Source of the DNA: Elsinoe ampelina
Lineage: Eukaryota
Reading direction: 5' to 3'
NCBI GenBank assembly: GCA_010093995.1
Contig: ML992502.1
Location: forward strand, 1,295,001 to 1,342,695
Length of the DNA: 47,695 nucleotides
In this document: one piece after another, positions 22,901 to 34,961 of the stretch
Layout: every line of letters starts with the position of its first letter
How positions within the stretch are numbered: the first letter of the stretch is position 1
Translations under genes and position numbers: made by a program
The notes under the pieces: generated by a model
What the model saw: the letters and a program-made list of their open reading frames with translations, nothing else
Told to the model about the DNA's origin: nothing
Databases searched by the model: none

Positions 22901-23776
22901 GAGGGAACCACCTCGACGCCGGGCTCCACCCCCTCAGCCCTCCACTCCGCCACTTCAACCCACCGGCCTCTCCTAGCCTGGACGCTCACCACCTCATCAA
23001 CCGTCAACTCCCGACCCGTCTCCCGCCCTCAACACCTCTCCCCAACAGACGTATGGGACCTCTCCTACACCCTCAAACGCATTCCCTCCCCCGACCGCGC
23101 CTGGGCCTTCTACGAAAGAACCAAGACCCGCCGCAAGAAAGCGCTCAGCTTCGAAGACGACGCGCCATCTTCCGCTCCTTCATCTCCCTCACCCCCATCC
23201 ACCTCAACTCCCTCCTCATCTTCCTCTGACACGACCCCACCGGGCGATCAGAAAGAGGGTGAGATCTCAGGCATGAGTCTCAAAGACGCCATGACTCGTC
23301 CCTCCCTTTCTCAGTCACCATCCCAGTCGCCGACCGGTCCCCAGTCCCCGGCGCAGGGCAGACAAGAAGAAGAAGAAGAAGAAGAAGAAGAAGACAAATC
23401 CCGCCGCCGCGGGCCCAGCGAGCACTACATCGCTTTCTTGCGGGGCATGAGCGAGCGCGGCAAAGTCCTGCGCGAGGAACGACTCAAGAGAGCCCAAGGG
23501 CGGAAGAAGGTCGTCGTCGGGTTCGAGGGGCATGATTCTGGTTCTGCGTTTCGGGTTGGGGAGGGGGGGACGCAAGAGGTGGACGACGGGAGCCAGGATG
23601 CCAGAGGGGAGGTAGGACGGGGTGAGGTGGATAGGGTGGGAGAGATGGAGGTTGAGGGAGAGGGACAGAAGGAGATGGCTGGAGAAGAAGCAGAAAGGAC
23701 AGAAGAGGAAGAGGTGGGTACTGTAGAGGGGTACATGGCTTGGTTGCATCGGCATCAGATGGAGAAGCAGAAGTAG
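19999..23776 (+). CDS. PET127: Mitochondrial RNA 5'-processing protein Pet127
   Basis: Exon 1 19999-21650, intron 21651-21699, exon 2 21700-23776. The join gives PKLAHNLDRVLFNRGVY. Also YVGSTSSMT, DADKE, MRSQLDAQDSRLPGTGVFDVKTRAV, KYSLQVRMGRMEGIFIAYHN. Start codon inferred. Confidence 0.9.
23366..23392 (+). repeat. (GAA)9 microsatellite encoding poly-Glu in PET127
   Basis: Nine perfect GAA units, read directly. Confidence 0.9.
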
Positions 23777-24012
23777 GGCCTTGTACAGATCATTGGCTGG
23801 TGGTAGGGTAGAGACATGTACGATATACCATGCTGATGCATTCATCCCCCTCCAAAACAAGAGGGGGGATAGAGATGTCTATAATAGTACATTTTCACTC
23901 CTCTCGTGTGTCTGTCCATTGAGACAGCATTCCTTTCCGGTCCCTTTTCCGGGTCTAGCAAGTCTCTTTTTCCTATGGACCGTATGCATGCTGTGATATG
24001 GCTGATGCACTA

Positions 24013-27000
24013 TCATCCCACCTGGCCATCCGCGACCGCGAGACGCTGCTGGATCGTCTTCGCCTTCTTGCTGATGCCCTTGCGCCTCTTCGGTGGCGGA
24101 GCATCTGTGTCGCCCACTGGTGTCGCTGCGCCTGAAGGTTTGTTGCTGTTGTCATCATCGAATCTACCCTCGCCTGTCGCATTGTTAGCACTTGTCTTAT
24201 TACTCAGAGATGGAGTAGACTCACCTTCGTGGTACATGTCATCCATGCTGACCTCCTTCTTTCTCCCGGCTGCCTTTTCTCTTTTCTTCCGCTTGCCGGG
24301 ATCTTTGGCTTCTTGCTCGGCCATTTCCTTCTCCTTCTCCTCGATGGCAGCCGCTTGGTCGTCATCAGCGAGCCACATGGCGATATCCTTGGTCCTGTTA
24401 TCCCTGCTGCGAGCGTTGAAGTCGACCACACGATCGCCACCGGCCGGAGCGCCGCCGCTGATGACAACGCGCTGGACTTCTTCTTTCTGCAGAGCGCGCT
24501 TGCGGATACGCTCTTCGATGGTGCCGCGGGTGATGAGACGGTAGACAGTGACTTGCTTGGTCTGACCCAGACGATGAGCACGGTCCATGGCTTGCGAGTC
24601 GATAGTGGGGTTCCAGTCCGAGTCGTAGAAGATGACCGTGTCTGCTGAAGTGAGGTTAATGCCCAGACCGCCTGCACGGGTAGAGAGGAGGAAGACGAAG
24701 ATCTCGGGGTTGGACTGAAAGGCGGCAACTGTATCGCGACGATCTTCGAGCTTGGTAGATCCGTCCAGACGGCAGTACTTGTAGTTGCGATAGGTGAGGT
24801 ATTCCTCCATGAGATCGATCATACGAGTCATCTGGAAGTACAGCAGGACACGGTGGCCTTCGGGCTTGAGCTGGCGAAGGAGCTCGTCCAGCTTGGCGAG
24901 CTTGCCACAGTCCGAGACGAAGCGCAGCATTGAAGGTACTTGAATATTGGTGAATCGCTGCTTCTCCGAGTCTGGAGCCGGAAGCAAGTTGGTGACAGGG
25001 TACTGCGAGGGTGGTACATTTGCCCTGAGCAAGGCGCGCTCTGTCGAGGTGGAGATGGGATAGAGAGCGCGGCGAAGGGGAACATTGAAGAAGCTGTTCT
25101 CCTTCTCGAGTAGAGACTCTTGGGATGGACAGATAAGCTCGATGGGCGGTGCAGATGCTCGAGGAATTGCGCACCGCTCGATAACAGTGTAACCAGTCTC
25201 GTCGCCAGCGAATTGTGCAATGTTCAACAGCTTCTGCAGATTGCTGCCGTCGGCCACCTCTGCTAGAGGTTTCCGCGTGAGTGGCTTGACAATGTTGAGC
25301 ATCGAATGGGCTGGCACAAAAGGCTTCTCCCCGTCATCGCGCAAGTCTTCGTCTAGAGAATTCGGTTTCTTCTGAGCAGCCAAATCTAACAGACGTTCTG
25401 CAAAGGTGCTGTGTGAAAGCTTTGAGAGTTCCCCAGGCGAGCTGTCGACGAAGCGTAACCACGAGAAACCGCCTTGACCCTCCGAGCTTGAACGGATATG
25501 CTCGGGATCGTAGATGCTCATCAGATGATTTACGTGCTTCTTCCGCCATCCAGCTTGTAGATTGTCAGGGCCGGGAAGATCCAATCGCCCGCCTCCAGAG
25601 ATGAGCTTCTTGGGCACCCAGTACTCGACTGTGTTCTTGACAGAATATGCAACGTTGATCTGGAAGCCTTCGCGCATGAACGATGCCGTCTCAGCCCAGG
25701 TCGACATGGACATTGGCGAAGTGATATCTGCACGCTCGAAGAGGTCGGGGTGATTGCAGACCTTCCGGAACTGCATGACCAAGTTCATCAGTGTTGCCGT
25801 GTCCTGGTCGTCGCCTACAGCAGCCTTCTCGATCAGTTCCATAAAGCTGATCTTGTTGCGCAAGCTGGTGTAGTAGGCTCTCTGCCGGTACGTGAGGTCG
25901 CAGTAGACGTCTTCCTCGACTTTGTCGCCTAGTTCCTTCTGCACGTGCTTCTTGACACGACGCAACATGAACGGCTTCAGGATCATGTGCAGACGCTTCA
26001 GCTGATCTTCATTGAGCTTGGTGTTACTCTGCGCGTGGCTCTCGATGTCCTTGGAGAACCAGTCGCTGAACTCGTCATGCGAGTCGAACAAACTAGGCAT
26101 AATGAAATGCAGCAGAGCCCACAATTCTTGCATGTTGTTCTGGATTGGTGTACCCGTGAGAAGCAACCTGTTGCGACAATGGAACCCCAAAAGAGCCTTC
26201 CATCGTGAAGATTGCGAAGACTTGATGGCTTGCGCCTCATCCAAGATCATGTATTGCCACTTGATCTTCTGAAAGTATGCCGTATCTTGAACAACAAGCT
26301 GATATGAGGTGACCAGAACATGGAATGGCGACTCCTTGCTGTATGTGATATGCTTCCTGTCCCAAAACTTGCGCAGGACCTTGCGGTCTTTTGCGTTGCC
26401 CCAGTATGGCAAGACTTTGAGAGTCGGCACGAACTTTGTAATTTCCTGCTGCCAGTTGTGAAGTGTCGAGGCGGGTGCAATGACCAGGAAGGGACCCCAG
26501 ATGTTGTGTACTTCGGCTAGATAAGACATGACGGAGATGGATTGGACTGTCTTGCCCAGACCCATCTCGTCGGCCAAGATACCGTTGATGCCTTGTTCGT
26601 ACAGATTGACCAGCCAGTTCAGACCCTTGAGCTGGTACTCCTTCAGTTGGCAGGTGAGCATCTTCGGCTGACTCACATCCATGGTCTGCAGACTAGTCGG
26701 ATTCTGGAAGTTCATCTCGCCATCGTCGAATTGCGACTGAAGTTGGCCATCGTTGTTGAATGCGCGAGCCCGGTCCTGTGCTTCTTGAATCGCGTTCTGA
26801 GCATTTGCCATGGCAGCCTCTCGGAGGGCAGTCTCATCCTCAGCGTCAAAGTCCAGGTCCTCGAAGTTGGTGACCTTGGTCCCGATCTTTGCGTTGCTCT
26901 CCGGCAGATCGATGGTGTGCGCATTTGGTGCATCTCTCGTCGTCTGTCCCGAAGCAGCCACATCATCTGTCGACTTCTCGATCTCATCCGTCTTGACCTT

Positions 27001-29130
27001 CTTGCCAATGAAATGCGAATACAGCTCGGTCTGTGAGATCAAGAAATTGAGCTTCCTCTTCTGTCTCGCAGCTTCGCGATCAGCTTCAGCCTTTCGAGCA
27101 TTCTCGAGCTCCTGCCTCTCCGCCATCTTTCGTTGATCTCTTTCGTCCCGTTCATTGCGCTTCCAGAAGGACAACATCTCACGCATGCTCCGCTTTGCTC
27201 TGGCTTGAACATCTTTTGTGCTCTTGTTGGTGCGTAGCTGCCATCGTCGTGCTTCCTTGGACGCGAGTTGCGCAGTCTTTCTAAGATTGGAGGCTTTGGT
27301 GTCTATCGAACTGTTGCGAATGCGGTAGACCTTGTTGACATGGTTCTTGGCCAGGTCCTTCCAGATTTGCTCGTAAATCTGATTGTAGCCCTTGGAGGTG
27401 TACGGGACGACTTCTTGTACAGGCTTAGAGACTTCTCTCGTTTCGCTTTTCGCTGGTGTAAAGACTTCGTCCTTCGGGGCGATCGGAGGCAGCTCGTCGC
27501 CGCGATCGAGGTATGCTTGCCCAGCAGCAGCATTCTCTTTCTCGGCCAGCTTCTGCTCTTTGCTCTTGCGCGGTCGTGAGCCTTTCCCACCTCGTCGAGC
27601 TTTGGTCTCTTCTTCCACGGCCAGGAATGTAGACGTCGTCCCGCCCTCCAGGTTGGGGCCACTGGGTGAGTCGCCACGGATGTCCTTGCTTGGTGTCTTG
27701 CCTTGCAGGAGGTCCTCGGTATTCTTGATCTTCTTTCCGGCCTTATGTACGTCTCTGAGCAGTCGCGCCTTTTCTTCCTCGTCTTCGAGATGCTGCAGTC
27801 GTTCCATCGCCTCATCACGCTTGGCGGTCTCGTTCTGTAGTGTTCTCTCCCGACGCCGCTTGCGTTGCATGTCCTTCTTGCGCTCCTTCTCCTCTTCTAT
27901 GTCGCGGCTCCGGACCTCATCTTCAGCGTCGCGTTCGTAGGCGTACACGTAAATCTCCTTGGCAGCATCGGAGCTGATCTTGAATCGTTTGATGTATCCA
28001 TCGGCAGCAAATTCGTGGCGGCGCTAGAAATGTCAGTCGGCAGTCTAGTCAGATTCAGCAGATCGACGTACCTTGCGCTTTAAGCCCTCTCTAAACTCGA
28101 CGTCTAGCTTCCGAGCTCGACTGCGCTCTTTCCATTCGCGATGCTGGTCCTCAAAGCCTCTCATGTCCACTTTCGACAGATCCATAGCTTCGATTTCTGC
28201 AAAGGCTTGCTCCGTGCCGCGAACAGTCAGATCTGGTGGACCGCTAGAGACAGGAGCTGATCCCCAGGCAGGAGCAGCTGGCTTCGGAGGCGCGCCGTTT
28301 GCACTCGCAGGTAGCGGCGGACTATACTGTGGTACCGGCGGCGGTGCTACTGGAGGGACTTCAGCTTTCACTAAAGGAGGTGAGCCCGCATCGAAAGACT
28401 GGGAGTGCTTGCGCGGCTCAAATTTGGGTGGAGATGCTGCGGGAGGTGGCCCACTGTCAGACAGCAGGTTCCCTAAGGACATTGGATTCGAAGCTCGTGG
28501 GGTCGGCTGTGCAGAAGTCAGCCGAGTGTGTTTCTTGACTTTAAAGATGCTTACTGCTGGGCTTTTTGCCCGTTGAGAAGGTGTAGCTATCACAGGTTCA
28601 GCCCCATTTGAGTAGGGCGATGGCATGTGTGCGTGGTTGAGAGGGGCTCCTGCCGGGCTGGAGTGAGGTCCAGGATAGCCATTGGTGTGATGTGGAGGAG
28701 CGTGATTGTTGTTGATATCGGGCAGGCGATCCGCATATGGAGGGGCCCGAGACTGAAAGACTTGTTAGGAACTTTATTTCCAGCTTGCACATGCCGTATA
28801 GCTTACCATTACCGGCGATCGCACTGGGGGATATGCGCGATCGTGCTCGGATGCCCTCGGACGACCGTCCATGATGGGATCATAGTACCCGCTGTTGGGT
28901 CTCTCCTGAGCATGTGCTGGCGGCAGGGGAGCTCGTGAAGCCGAGGGGGATGTAGGCTGGCTCCTGTTGAGTTGAGGTGAATGAGGTGAAGGATTCATTG
29001 GTGGCAGACCCGGTCGTGGAGGTTGATTCGAGTGCGGATAAGCGTGGGTGTGCGCTTGAGATGGGGATGCGCCATCTGGTCCATACTGACTCGGAGGTCG
29101 CTCACCCGCGGACCTCTGCGCTGGGTACAT
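24013..29130 (-). CDS. INO80: Chromatin-remodelling ATPase Ino80
   Basis: Exons 29130-28807, 28752-28072, 28023-24225, 24173-24013. DBINO domain ([19 protein letters not shown]), [16 protein letters not shown] box, split helicase domain, [23 protein letters not shown]. Confidence 0.95.
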
Positions 29131-30022
29131 GGTATAGTGACTGCCTTTCGGCAGATCAATCCCAGCTCTTAATCGCTTCGAAGGCCTTGGCGCAGATTAC
29201 TGGATATGCCAACAGCTCATGGTGGTAGTAACAGCTCTTGCTTGGTCGCTCCTGAAATGCGATGATGAGGTCGAAGCTGATGGTGGTATAGAAGACTCGA
29301 TGGATGAGGGCGACGACGATGTGAGATGAGAGATGATCAGCGTTACGGGTGAAGCTCTGGTAGTTGTTGGCGTGTCAGACAGTATGCAGAATCGTCAAAT
29401 ATAGCGCCGAGCTTGATCCGCCGCAGAAGGGTCGCGGTGATAGGCGGCGGTGGTGTAGGAAGTTGGTGGGCAGAGAGAGTGGATGGATGGATTGTGATAC
29501 TCTGGTAGGAAAGATATGGGACGGTGATGGAGTGGTGGGGATCATTGAACGTGTGGGCTTGACGACTACGGGGACATGCGCTTTCTGGGCCGGCTGGCGA
29601 GGCATCGTTGGCCTGGCTTTGTTCTGCACACCAGGAGTCTCATTTTTCGCGTTCGATCGCGGCTGACCTGACGTGCAACCACTTCGACATGCTACATCAT
29701 GTTTGCCGGGGAGGTCATTGCAATTTATTCTTGGGCAGGAATTATCCGATATTATCTGATATAGTTCTGGTAGTTAGTGCAGAGCTCCAGACAGCATTCT
29801 GCATCTGCCGCAAGCACGTTCTGAGGCTGGCGAGGGCAAATTGGAATTGGATGCTCGCATTCATCGTCTGGGCTTGGATTCGTCTTCCAGTTTCCCGCCC
29901 TGTCCCCAGAAAGCCTTTCGGACCTTCCCGCACTTTGGCCAGATCGGGCAAGCTCCATCATCATTTTCACATTTCCGTCTTCAACTTTTTGCGCCCACCA
30001 CCGAAGAGCCGACGATCACACA

Positions 30023-30964
30023 ATGGCGGCCGTCTACAAATCGTTATCGAAGAGCAGCAAGAAGGGAGCCGATGAGCAAGTATCTGATGGCCCACGCAAC
30101 AAGCAGAGAGTCCTCATGCTCTCTTCTCGAGGCGTCACATATCGGCACCGACACCTCATGAACGACCTCTATTCCCTCCTCCCACACAGCCGTAAGGATG
30201 CCAAACTCGACACGAAATCCAAACTCTACCAACTCAACGAACTCGCCGACCTCTACAACTGCAACAATGTTTTTTTCTTCGAAGCCCGCAAAGGCAAAGA
30301 CCTCTACGTCTGGATGAGCAAGGCCCCCAATGGCCCCACCGTCAAGATGCACCTGCAAAATCTCCACACCATGGAAGAGCTGCACTTCACAGGCAACTGC
30401 CTCAAAGGCTCACGGCCTATCCTCTCCTTCGACGCGACGTTCGACTCGCAACCACACCTCAAAGTCATGAAGGAGCTATTCACACACATCTTTGGCGTCC
30501 CGCAAGGCGCGCGGAAATCCAAGCCCTTTGTCGACCACGTCATGAACTTTACAGTCGCCGGCGGTAAGATCTGGATCCGGTGCTACCAGATCAACGAGAC
30601 GGAGTCGGGTAAGGAGAAGGCGATTCCGGAGTCGAACGGGACGGTGGAGATGGAGGTCGACTCGGGTAAGGGTGCGCGGGGCGAGACCAAGTTGGGGCTG
30701 GTGGAGATAGGACCACGATTTGTCCTGACACCGATTGTGATACAGGAGTCGAGTTTCGGAGGGCCGATCATATATGAGAACAAGGAGTTTGTTTCGCCGA
30801 ACCAGATCAGACGTGATATCAGGTTGGCCAAGGCGGGGAGGTATAACAGGCGGACTGACGCGGGTGTGGATCGCAAGTCAAAGAAAGGAGGGCTTGGACT
30901 GTCGACGGAGGGAGGAGTGAAGCGGAAGAGGGACGAGTTGGACAACAGCAGGCTCTTTGCTTGA
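30023..30964 (+). CDS. BRX1: Brix-domain ribosome biogenesis protein Brx1
   Basis: NKQRVLMLSSRGVTYRHRHL, TMEELHFTGNCLKGSRPILSFD, LVEIGPRFVLTPI; intronless. Confidence 0.95.
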   Translation: MAAVYKSLSKSSKKGADEQVSDGPRNKQRVLMLSSRGVTYRHRHLMNDLYSLLPHSRKDAKLDTKSKLYQLNELADLYNCNNVFFFEARKGKDLYVWMSKAPNGPTVKMHLQNLHTMEELHFTGNCLKGSRPILSFDATFDSQPHLKVMKELFTHIFGVPQGARKSKPFVDHVMNFTVAGGKIWIRCYQINETESGKEKAIPESNGTVEMEVDSGKGARGETKLGLVEIGPRFVLTPIVIQESSFGGPIIYENKEFVSPNQIRRDIRLAKAGRYNRRTDAGVDRKSKKGGLGLSTEGGVKRKRDELDNSRLFA

Positions 30965-31265
30965 GCTTAGACAGCAAGGCGCTTTTCACGAAGGCATGGC
31001 TGGAATTCGCGGCCCGGTCACCAAAAGTCATAGATACCCAAGAGGAAGCACGGTCAATGAATGTATACCGACCAAGACATGCCTTGTTCCTGGCCCATAT
31101 CTGCATTTGTATGGCATCTGGTGCATCTGGTGCCTCTCTCAGCATCTAAAAATCCATCGCCCCAAAACGCCACAACCCCATCCCTACAGGTGGTATCCTC
31201 AATCTCAGAAAAAGTCATTAATCATATCCCTTTTTTCCTCCCCCTCTCTCTTCGTGCAGTCACAA

Positions 31266-31598
31266 TCACTCCGGGCCCAGATCCTTCTCCCTCGACGTCA
31301 CCGCCCTGGCAAAGAGCGACCTCTTGGGCATACTCTTGCCGATCTGCTTCTGCTTGAGGTTGCTGAGTTTCTTGCTCGCCAGGCTCATGATGGCGTCCGA
31401 GGGGGAGATGTAGGTTGAGTTTTGGTTGCTGTGGACGTCAGTCCTACCATCAAGGCAGTGGTAAGAGGGAGAGGCGTACGATTTGTTGTCCTTTAGTCTG
31501 TCTTGCATGTTGGTCGCCTTGTCGGTCTGCTTCCCTGCTGCGTCTGCGGCTTGTTCGGCCTGCAGGTTCGGATCGCGGTCGCGGAGGATTTCTGCCAT
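31266..31598 (-). CDS. SPO12: Spo12-family small protein
   Basis: ATG 31598, intron 31479-31429; C-terminal YISPSDAIMSLASKKLSNLKQK...RSLF resembles the Spo12 conserved motif. Confidence 0.75.
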   Translation of the reverse strand: MAEILRDRDPNLQAEQAADAAGKQTDKATNMQDRLKDNKSYASPSYHCLDGRTDVHSNQNSTYISPSDAIMSLASKKLSNLKQKQIGKSMPKRSLFARAVTSREKDLGPE

Positions 31599-31752
31599 TG
31601 TGTTTGATGTGGTTGTAGAAGATGTTTGTTGATGATGAGGTAACGCTTGCTTGCTAAGTCTGTCACTCGATAGCTGAATGCTCGGTAGTTGTATGGTGGT
31701 TTTTTTTGGTGGTGGTGGTATCGATGAAGCGTGGGAGCCGATTCGGCAAAAT

Positions 31753-31759
31753 GTAAACA
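31753..31759. promoter_or_regulatory. Forkhead-like site GTAAACA upstream of the SPO12-like gene
   Basis: Exact forkhead core about 155 bp upstream of the ATG; yeast spo12 genes are forkhead-regulated mitotic genes. Confidence 0.3.
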
Positions 31760-34700
31760 GCCAAATTGTTGGCCCAGCAGCGCATGCGCGTCTTGGCGCC
31801 GCGGAGTTCACGCCGTCCTGAACTTGCAAATGGCTGGCAGCTTGCAGAAATCGGGCGAGGGCGGCCCATGATCGGCAGGTCTGCGAGCACGCAGCGAACA
31901 AACGGCTTCGTGCATATTCATGCGGTGTAACACACCTGTCGTGCGCGGACCAGTACATGGGCTACAAAACGCAATCCCTGTAAGGGTGTTTTCGACGTAT
32001 CAAGGAAACGCAGACTTTTGTGTTTTCATCATTGGTTGTGCCGGTTCCGTGTCCGCGGATTGGCACACGGCGCTGTGCTGTCTATCTCGTCCGAGGGGCG
32101 ACAATCTCCGGTGAGGACGATGTAGACTGGTACCTTGAAGGGGGATGAGGAGCTATTCGGCGCATTGGCAAGGGAGAGGGTATAGCTTCTGAGCCCTCGT
32201 CTGCGATGCCATCAACCGAGACAATGCCCAGCCATAGAGACGGGAAAAGAGTCCGTCCTGCAACGGTGGTGCAGGAGGATTCGCAAAGGTTACGTCTTTC
32301 ACATGTTCATCCCATCATCCAGGTCGGAGGTTTCGTTTGACGATCGAAGGTCAGATCTAGCGATGCTATCTTGGATGCTGCATCTCGCATCGAGGGACAT
32401 TGTGGCGGCCATTGGATCTCGTAAGTGAGCAGGGGATTAAACTAGTGCTGCGGTACATGAGTACTATTGAGTATTTGTGTTTTCCCACATGGACAGTCAG
32501 CACACCTGTAGTCCCAACGAAGCACACGACAGCAGCGGGTCGGATAGTACAGCCCGAGAATTGCGCCTCATAGGGATAGCCCTGAGACCGCGTTCCTCAA
32601 CCAGGTCCTGGAGGAAGTCAAGGGCAAATTTGATCACCACCGGATCGCTGGGATCTTTGCTGCAAGGGCAGGGCAAGCTTTCAGCGATAGTGTCGGATCC
32701 TTCGGAAAGTCGTGCTAGCTCCAGTCTTGTGAATCCATCAGGGATAATTTGATGGAGTGATGGCCCTACGGGTCTAGTCGTTCTGGTTTGCGGAGAGACG
32801 GTGTTGACAGGCACGCACGCACAAAGCCTACTCAGCATTGTCTAGAACAAAAAATCCACAGACCAGCAGTCTAGATGAGCCGGGATGCTGTACCACAATG
32901 GCAATTGCATCAAGAAGTGTCGGAGTTGCAATGTCTAAAATGGTCGGTGGCTTTCAGGGCTCGACGGCGGGAGGTGTTCGACCGGCGGACCGACGACCAA
33001 AAGAATGCAAGCCACTCTGCAGATGGGCATTCCTCTTCCGAAGTCGCTTTCTCCTGTCAAGGCCGCTGTTTCCGTGGATAGGCATGTCGAATGGGAGATC
33101 TCTGATTGCTTGCAGATGTCAAAGGGTCAAAAGAGGCGACCAGATTTAGATTAGAACCCCTCCTTTCTGATCTGGAGCGCGATGATCTGCGCAGGAGCAT
33201 TCCAGCCATCTGGTTCGGTTGAGGGGATGTGGTTGGATCTGTACCATATTCAAGTATGGTCACCTGATATATTCCTGGTATGATATTCGAGCGCACTGCC
33301 ATTGTCAATCGCCGTCGCACCGGTATAGTCGGTGGATGAGCCGCAATCGAGTTTCGGTCTCGAGCGCCGTGGCCGAAGACATGGCCGATGAGCTGCATCA
33401 CAATGACCGTTTTGCGGGTGCGAGCTGATCAGAGTTAGGCTACCCCAACCAGTTCGAGATGCTAACCTAACGACTTGTGCTCGAGCTATTCGAGCCGACA
33501 TGCATACAAGGTACCTTTGGTGTCAAAGAAGGTCTTTGATGCACCGCCGTTTGGGACTGTGGAGATGGGCCAAGCGCCACTTGGAGCGAAATTGGCCACC
33601 ATGCAGCTCATCAGAGGGTGCATGATGCATGACAGACTGCGACAGTAGTCTACAGGACATTCTCCCGTGTAGCTCTCAGCTGGCAACAAGATGGACATGC
33701 TGGTGCCACCCGTCCCGCTATGGAAGAGTCTGTCGTGGGAAAGATGCAATACATGCCAGGGTGCTGCAGGACGAAGGAAGATGGACAGCGATGCGCAACA
33801 AGACCCTGGTCATGATAATGGTCAGATGGTCATCATGTACTTGAAGTTCATTAATCGACCAGTTTGAAAGCACATTTAAAGACTCGCCGACGTCGTGGGG
33901 TTGCCCGACTGGGATGTCGTCAACGGAAAAAAAGGGCCAACTGAGAGCACCACCGTGACTTGACCAAAGCCGAGCGTCTCCGTGATGAAGGGACTAACGC
34001 GTACGCAGAGGTGTCTTCGCTATCGATAGCTGAAGCTGGCACGTTTACGCCCGCGAACAGGGCGCCCGAGCCAGACCCTTTGCACAAATGGAGGGGGCGG
34101 GACTACTGCACAGGACAGGGCGGACGTGTCTATACCAAAGATGTGCACTGCCGGGAGAGAGGCAGCAGAAGCGACAAGTCGGACGCGCCCAAAAAGCCCA
34201 TCACGATGTACCCGGCCTATGACCACGCCGCTCCATCATGGACGAGGGAGAGAACCAGAACCAGATCCTGGTCGACGGATTAGCGACTGACTGACCAATC
34301 GCGAATCGGCAAAGATGATCTGCACGGGAAGGACTTGCGACGGCGCGGACGTGAAGATGACGCTTTTCTTGCGCTTGTCATGCAAGTCGCTGCAGCTGCC
34401 GGGCATGCAAGAGACAGCTTCCCCGGCAAGGTTGTGGCGTTCCCATTCGCTCCTTTGCGACAAGAGCTCGATCTGATGCGTCGCTCGCTCCCAGTAGTAT
34501 CCGCCGTCTTGGGTCTATCGCGATGGGCGTCCCCAAGAAGTGGACCAGCTTTTGTGAATCTGTGGGTCCGCCACGATGTCATCCCTGATGACCTGTCTGA
34601 AATGCAAAAACCACACATGCATCCCCATCCCCCATTCCCAGCCCGGAGCCTCTATTCGGGTGTCCATGCTCATGCCATTCCCTGGCTTTCTCCATGTTCG

Positions 34701-34961
34701 GATCGTTGCTGGCATATCGCAGATGCAGAGACGTCCCAGGACTTTATTGACCTCGTCGGCCCCTCCCTGACTTGCATCTCCATCTTCCCCCCGATCTGCC
34801 CTCTATACCGCACTGCACATTTCGACTCACCTTCTTTTCCCACAACACAGGGTTGGACACCTGTCTGTCTCGCATTAAGCTACATAAAAGAGCAATTGAC
34901 TTTGCTTTTGAGCTTATGCTCACACACATTGCCGCGTTCGACTTGCCAATTTGCCAGAATC

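Noticed and set aside
31599..31958. N-terminal extension of the 230-aa ORF over the SPO12-like gene
   Set aside because: Spo12 proteins are small; the extension covers promoter/UTR-like sequence, and ATG 31598 has good context.
33461..33472. CTAACCTAAC as a telomerase RNA template
   Set aside because: It would encode TTAGG rather than the usual Pezizomycotina TTAGGG, and no supporting TER elements were seen.
34335..34961. 209-aa N-terminal extension of the 727-aa AZF1 ORF
   Set aside because: Starts at a non-ATG codon, spans the TATA-like box and reads like promoter sequence.
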